Origin: Haliangium sp.
GTDB taxonomy: Bacteria; Myxococcota_A; Polyangia; Haliangiales; Haliangiaceae
Direction: 5' to 3'
DNA: 64,000 nt
NCBI RefSeq assembly: GCF_050303215.1
Contig: NZ_JBNLBH010000019.1
Coordinates: forward strand, 1-64,000
Made by a program: the position numbers and the translations under genes
Notes under the pieces: model-generated
What the model was told of the DNA's origin: nothing
Seen by the model: only the letters and a program-made list of their open reading frames with translations
The model's database searches: none
Part shown: positions 60,158 to 64,000 of the stretch, in pieces
Layout: the number at the start of each line of letters is the position of its first letter
Numbering within the stretch: position 1 is the stretch's first letter

Positions 60158-62164
60158 ATGCGCGTCTGCAGTTGGCTGCTCCCGTGCGTGCTCGCGAGCG
60201 CGTGCGGCTCGGCGCCGGAGCCCGAAACAACCCCGCTGCCGGCGCCCGACCTGCGCCCGCCGCTGCTGGACGGGGTGCCGCGCTCACCGCGCCTGGCCAA
60301 CTACCGCATCGACGCCCGCCTCGACGTCGACACCTGGCAGGTCGACGCCCGCCAGACGTTGACCTGGACCAACTCGTCTCAGCGCCCGGTCGAGCGCCTG
60401 CCCTTTCACCTGTACATGAACGCCTTCGAGAGCGAGGCCACGGTGTTCATGCGCGAGGCCCAGGGCCAACACCGCCGGGCCCGGGCCTCGGACACCGGCT
60501 GGGGCTGGATCGACGTGGACCGGGTGGCCGTGGCCGGCCGCGACCTGAGCGCCGCGCTGCGCACGCCCGGCCCCGACCGCACCGTGGTCGAGCTGGTGCT
60601 GCCCGAGCCGGTGGCCCCGGGCGCCCAGATCGAGGTCGAGATGGACTTTCGGGTCCAGTTCCCGGAGGTGTTCGCGCGCACGGGGCACAAGGGCTGGTTC
60701 CTGATGGCCGGGCAGTGGTTCCCCAAGATCGGCGTGCTCACGGGCCCGCCCGGGACCGAGCGCTGGCGCTGCGAGCCGTTCCACCTGATGAGCGAGTTCT
60801 TCGCCGATTTCGGCACCTACGACGTCGCCCTCACCGTGCCCGACACGCTCGTGGTCGCGGCCACCGGGGTGCTGCAGGCGGCCGAGGACCACGGCGATGG
60901 CACCCGCACCCTGCGCTACCGGGCCGAAGACGTGCACGACTTCGCCTGGATGGCCGACCCGTTCATGCAGGTCGTGCGCGGCCAGGCCGAGACCGAGCTG
61001 GGCCAGGTCGAGGTCCGGGTCTATCACCGGCCCGGCCAGGAGGCCTTCGCGCGCCGCCACCTGCAGGCCGGGATCGGCACCATCGAGGTGCTCAGCCGCT
61101 GGCTCGTGCCCTACCCGTGGCCGATCATGAGCATCATCGACCCGCCCCCGGACGCGACCGCGGGCGCCGGTGGCATGGAGTACCCGACCCTGGTGACCAC
61201 GGCCGGGGACATGCCGCTGATGCGCCCGGGCGTTCGCCTGCCCGAGTTCATCACCGTGCACGAGGTGGGGCACAACTGGTTCCAGGGGATCCTGGCCTCG
61301 AACGAGGTCGAAGAGGCCTGGCTCGACGAGGGCGTCAACGACTACGCCGACGCGGTGGTCATGGACGAGCTTTTCGGCGAGCGCACCAGCGGCATCGACT
61401 GGAACGGGCTGCACGCGCGCTGGGCCGAGCTGTCCAGCGCCGGGGCGGGTGGCTTTGCACACCTGCCGGTGCCGATCGCGACCCGCTCGTACGAATTCCC
61501 CGATTTCGGCGCCTACGGGGCCGCGACCTACCGCAAGACCGCGGCCGCGCTGGCCACGCTCGAACGGACCGTGGGGCGTGAGCCGTTCCGGGCCGCCATG
61601 CGCGCCTACGCTCAGCGCTACGGGTTCCGACACCCCACCGGCGAGGAGTTCTTTGCCGCGCTGGAACAGGCGCTGGGGCAAGAGCTCGACTGGTTCCTGG
61701 ACCCGGCCTTCCGCCAGGTCGGGGACGCGGCGTTCGCGGTCCGTGAGGTCAACTGCCGCGCCGGGCACGAGCTGCGCGGGGCGTTCCCGCGTGACGACGG
61801 GGACGGTGAGCGCCGGGTGGTGTCGCGGGAGCAGGCCCCGGACCGGGACGACTGGGTGTGCGAGGTGCTGGTGGTGAATACCGGCGCGGTGTCGGTGCCG
61901 GTGGAGGTCGAGATCGAGTTCGATGACGGCGCGCGCCTGCGCGAGCGCTGGGACACGGCCGGGCACCAGCGCTGGCAGCGGTGGCGGATCGCGCACAGCG
62001 CCCGGGTCGCGCAGGTGGTCGTGGACCCGGACCGGCAGGTGTTGCTGTACGATGGGTCGCGGCGCGGTACCTGGCGTCGGGTCGGCGACGGCAGCGCGTC
62101 TTGGCGGGTGGGGGCACGGCTGGGGTACTGGGCGCAAACGCTGATGCAGGTGCTGGGACCATGA
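60158..62164 (+). CDS. M1-family (gluzincin) metallopeptidase lipoprotein
   Basis: Lipobox LASACGS. GGMEYP exopeptidase motif, HEVGHNWFQG zinc-binding HExxH, and downstream WLDEGVNDY providing the third zinc ligand Glu. Confidence 0.82.
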   Translation: MRVCSWLLPCVLASACGSAPEPETTPLPAPDLRPPLLDGVPRSPRLANYRIDARLDVDTWQVDARQTLTWTNSSQRPVERLPFHLYMNAFESEATVFMREAQGQHRRARASDTGWGWIDVDRVAVAGRDLSAALRTPGPDRTVVELVLPEPVAPGAQIEVEMDFRVQFPEVFARTGHKGWFLMAGQWFPKIGVLTGPPGTERWRCEPFHLMSEFFADFGTYDVALTVPDTLVVAATGVLQAAEDHGDGTRTLRYRAEDVHDFAWMADPFMQVVRGQAETELGQVEVRVYHRPGQEAFARRHLQAGIGTIEVLSRWLVPYPWPIMSIIDPPPDATAGAGGMEYPTLVTTAGDMPLMRPGVRLPEFITVHEVGHNWFQGILASNEVEEAWLDEGVNDYADAVVMDELFGERTSGIDWNGLHARWAELSSAGAGGFAHLPVPIATRSYEFPDFGAYGAATYRKTAAALATLERTVGREPFRAAMRAYAQRYGFRHPTGEEFFAALEQALGQELDWFLDPAFRQVGDAAFAVREVNCRAGHELRGAFPRDDGDGERRVVSREQAPDRDDWVCEVLVVNTGAVSVPVEVEIEFDDGARLRERWDTAGHQRWQRWRIAHSARVAQVVVDPDRQVLLYDGSRRGTWRRVGDGSASWRVGARLGYWAQTLMQVLGP

Positions 62165-63213
62165 CCGCCGGACGCGCCACGCTGGGGGGCATGATCGGGG
62201 CCGGATGGGCCGCGGCCCGGCGCCGCTGGGGGCTGGTGCTGGGGTTGGGCGCGGTGCAGGTGGTGTGGGGCGCGGGCGCGGCGCTGATGATGAGCTGGAT
62301 CGTGGCCGCAGGGTGGGCGCGAAGCCCTTTGCTCGACCGGGCGGTGGCCGGCGACGTGGTGAGTCTGGTCCAGGTCGTGGCCGAGACCCCAGAGCTGTTC
62401 GCGGCGGCGCTGGGGGTCGGGGTCGGGGCGGTCGCGGTGTACGCGGTGTGGTCGTGGTTCTTGCTCGGGGGGCTGAACGCGGTGCTGCTGGGGGATGTTC
62501 TTGGGCGTCGGGTGGGTGACCGGGTGTCCGGGTCGGGCGACCGAGATGTCGACCGAGCGTCCGGGCCGGGTCGGGAGTCGGTGGCCGAGCGTCGGCTGCG
62601 CCAGCGCGCGCTGGCTCGGGAGTTCGGCGCGGGCGGGGCGGTGTCCTTCACTGCCTATCTGCGCTTGGCGCTGTGGTCGTTGATCCCGCTGGGGCTGGCG
62701 GGGGTGGTCGCCGGGGTCGGGCTGTACGCGATCCGTGATCGGGCGGAGCTCGCGGTCGAGATGGTCGCGCTGGTGGGCTGGGGCGGCGCCGGGCTGGTCC
62801 CGGCGCTGGCGCTGGTGGCGGTGACCTGGGCCGCGGTGGATTACGCCCGGGTGGAGCTGACGGCGCGCGCGCTGGCCGAGCCGGGGGCACGGCTGGCGGC
62901 GCGGCGGGCGCTGCTGCGTGGCTACGGGGCGGTGACGCGGGACTGGCGGCCGCTGGTGCACCTGTCTGGGTTTGGGCTTGGGTTCTTGGTGGTCACGGCG
63001 CTGGCAGGGCTGGTGGGCGCGGGGCTGAGCGCGGTGGTGGCGCTGTGGATGGTTCGGCAGGTGGCGGTGGTGATGCGTACGGGTCTGCGGGTGATGCTGG
63101 CCGGGGGGCAGGTCTGGTACGCAAACGAGGTCCGGCTGATCTCGCCGGTGGTCGCGGGGTCAGGCTCGCCCGATGAGGGGCGGGGTGCGATTTCGGGAGC
63201 AGATGAGACATGA
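62161..63213 (+). CDS. Hypothetical integral membrane protein (6-8 TM)
   Basis: ATG overlaps the peptidase stop (ATGA at 62161). Hydrophobic helices throughout. Confidence 0.6.
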   Translation: MTAGRATLGGMIGAGWAAARRRWGLVLGLGAVQVVWGAGAALMMSWIVAAGWARSPLLDRAVAGDVVSLVQVVAETPELFAAALGVGVGAVAVYAVWSWFLLGGLNAVLLGDVLGRRVGDRVSGSGDRDVDRASGPGRESVAERRLRQRALAREFGAGGAVSFTAYLRLALWSLIPLGLAGVVAGVGLYAIRDRAELAVEMVALVGWGGAGLVPALALVAVTWAAVDYARVELTARALAEPGARLAARRALLRGYGAVTRDWRPLVHLSGFGLGFLVVTALAGLVGAGLSAVVALWMVRQVAVVMRTGLRVMLAGGQVWYANEVRLISPVVAGSGSPDEGRGAISGADET

Positions 63214-64000
63214 CGGATATGAGTGGACCGCGGGTGGGCGTGATCGGCACCAACTGGGGCCGGATGCACATCGGGGGGTTCCGCGCGGCGGGGGCCCTGG
63301 TCGCGGGGATCTGTGGGCGCGATCGGGACAAGACCGCCGGGATCGCGCGCGACGAGGACATCGCGCTGGCGACGACGCGGGTGGAGGAGCTGTGCGCGGC
63401 GGTGGATATCGCGGTGGTGTCAGGGCCGGATGGGCTGCACCGGGAGCACATCGAGGCCGCGCTGACGGCGGGGTGTCACGTGCTGAGCGAGAAGCCAATC
63501 ACACGCACGGCCGACGACGCGCGCGCGCTGGCGGCGCTGGCGCAGGGGTTCGAGGCCCGGGGGCGGGTGTGCGCGGTGAGCTTTCCCTATCGGATGAGCC
63601 CGCCGGTGGTCGCGCTGGATGAATGGCTGGGGGCGCCCGGGCGGGGCCCGGGAGAGTGGCTGACGGTGACGCTGCGGTCGAGCTTCGCGGCCGCCGAGGG
63701 GCGGGCGCAGGAGGGGCCGCTGATGGGGGTTTCGGGGGATTTCGGCGGGGCGTCCCACGTGCTGGACGCGGCGTTCTGGCTGATGCGAGGACGGCCGGCC
63801 TGGGTCGAGGCCGTAATGATGGGGCGGCCGGCGCACTCGCTGTGTCTTCATATCGGGCTCGACACGGGCGCGATGGTGTCGGTCAATCACTTGGCGTCGC
63901 ATGACCCGGGGATCGTGGGAGAGTGGCACTTGATCGGGGCGGGCTGGGAGGCTCGGTTCACGGGGGAGTATCGGCCCTGGGCGCATGGATGGCGGATCGG
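63210..64000 (+). CDS. Gfo/Idh/MocA-family NAD(P)-dependent oxidoreductase (3' partial; runs off the window)
   Basis: Own translation gives MTDMSGPRVGVIGTNWGRMHIGGFRAAGA (Rossmann GxGxxG) and HVLSEKPITRT (EKP motif). ATGA overlap with the upstream stop. Absent from the ORF track because there is no in-window stop. Confidence 0.75.
   Translation, partial: MTDMSGPRVGVIGTNWGRMHIGGFRAAGALVAGICGRDRDKTAGIARDEDIALATTRVEELCAAVDIAVVSGPDGLHREHIEAALTAGCHVLSEKPITRTADDARALAALAQGFEARGRVCAVSFPYRMSPPVVALDEWLGAPGRGPGEWLTVTLRSSFAAAEGRAQEGPLMGVSGDFGGASHVLDAAFWLMRGRPAWVEAVMMGRPAHSLCLHIGLDTGAMVSVNHLASHDPGIVGEWHLIGAGWEARFTGEYRPWAHGWRI

Overview
High-GC (about 70%) bacterial chromosomal window, densely coding, with gene content resembling Myxococcota: six eukaryote-like Ser/Thr kinases including multi-domain giants, large secreted proteins and many eukaryote-like domains. 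I support about 35 protein-coding genes and found no rRNA, tRNA, CRISPR array or transposase/integrase ORF. Notable features, in window order: (1) a compositionally foreign low-GC (about 50-55%) HD-domain dGTPase-like gene sits next to a clear bacterial homologue of the eukaryotic major vault protein (MVP), and a decayed duplicate of the MVP 3' end lies between them; (2) a translationally coupled three-gene unit encodes a large signal-peptide/coiled-coil/multi-TM protein with a C-terminal P-loop ATPase, an MscS-type mechanosensitive channel and a TPR Ser/Thr kinase; together the first two look like a split, ATPase-bearing MscK-like module; (3) a PHP (Zn-ribbon) + UvrD-helicase fusion; (4) a secreted pentapeptide-repeat/RCC1 propeller/DNRLRE lipoprotein with a perfect 15-bp x5 in-frame tandem repeat, co-transcribed with a kinase; (5) a PilZ gene ahead of a 1714-aa pseudokinase-AAA-TPR-GAF-histidine-kinase hybrid; (6) a SusC/SusD-type outer-membrane pair; (7) a 37-bp perfect direct repeat pair straddling the tsaE stop codon. 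High GC produces many long antisense shadow ORFs; these were rejected.
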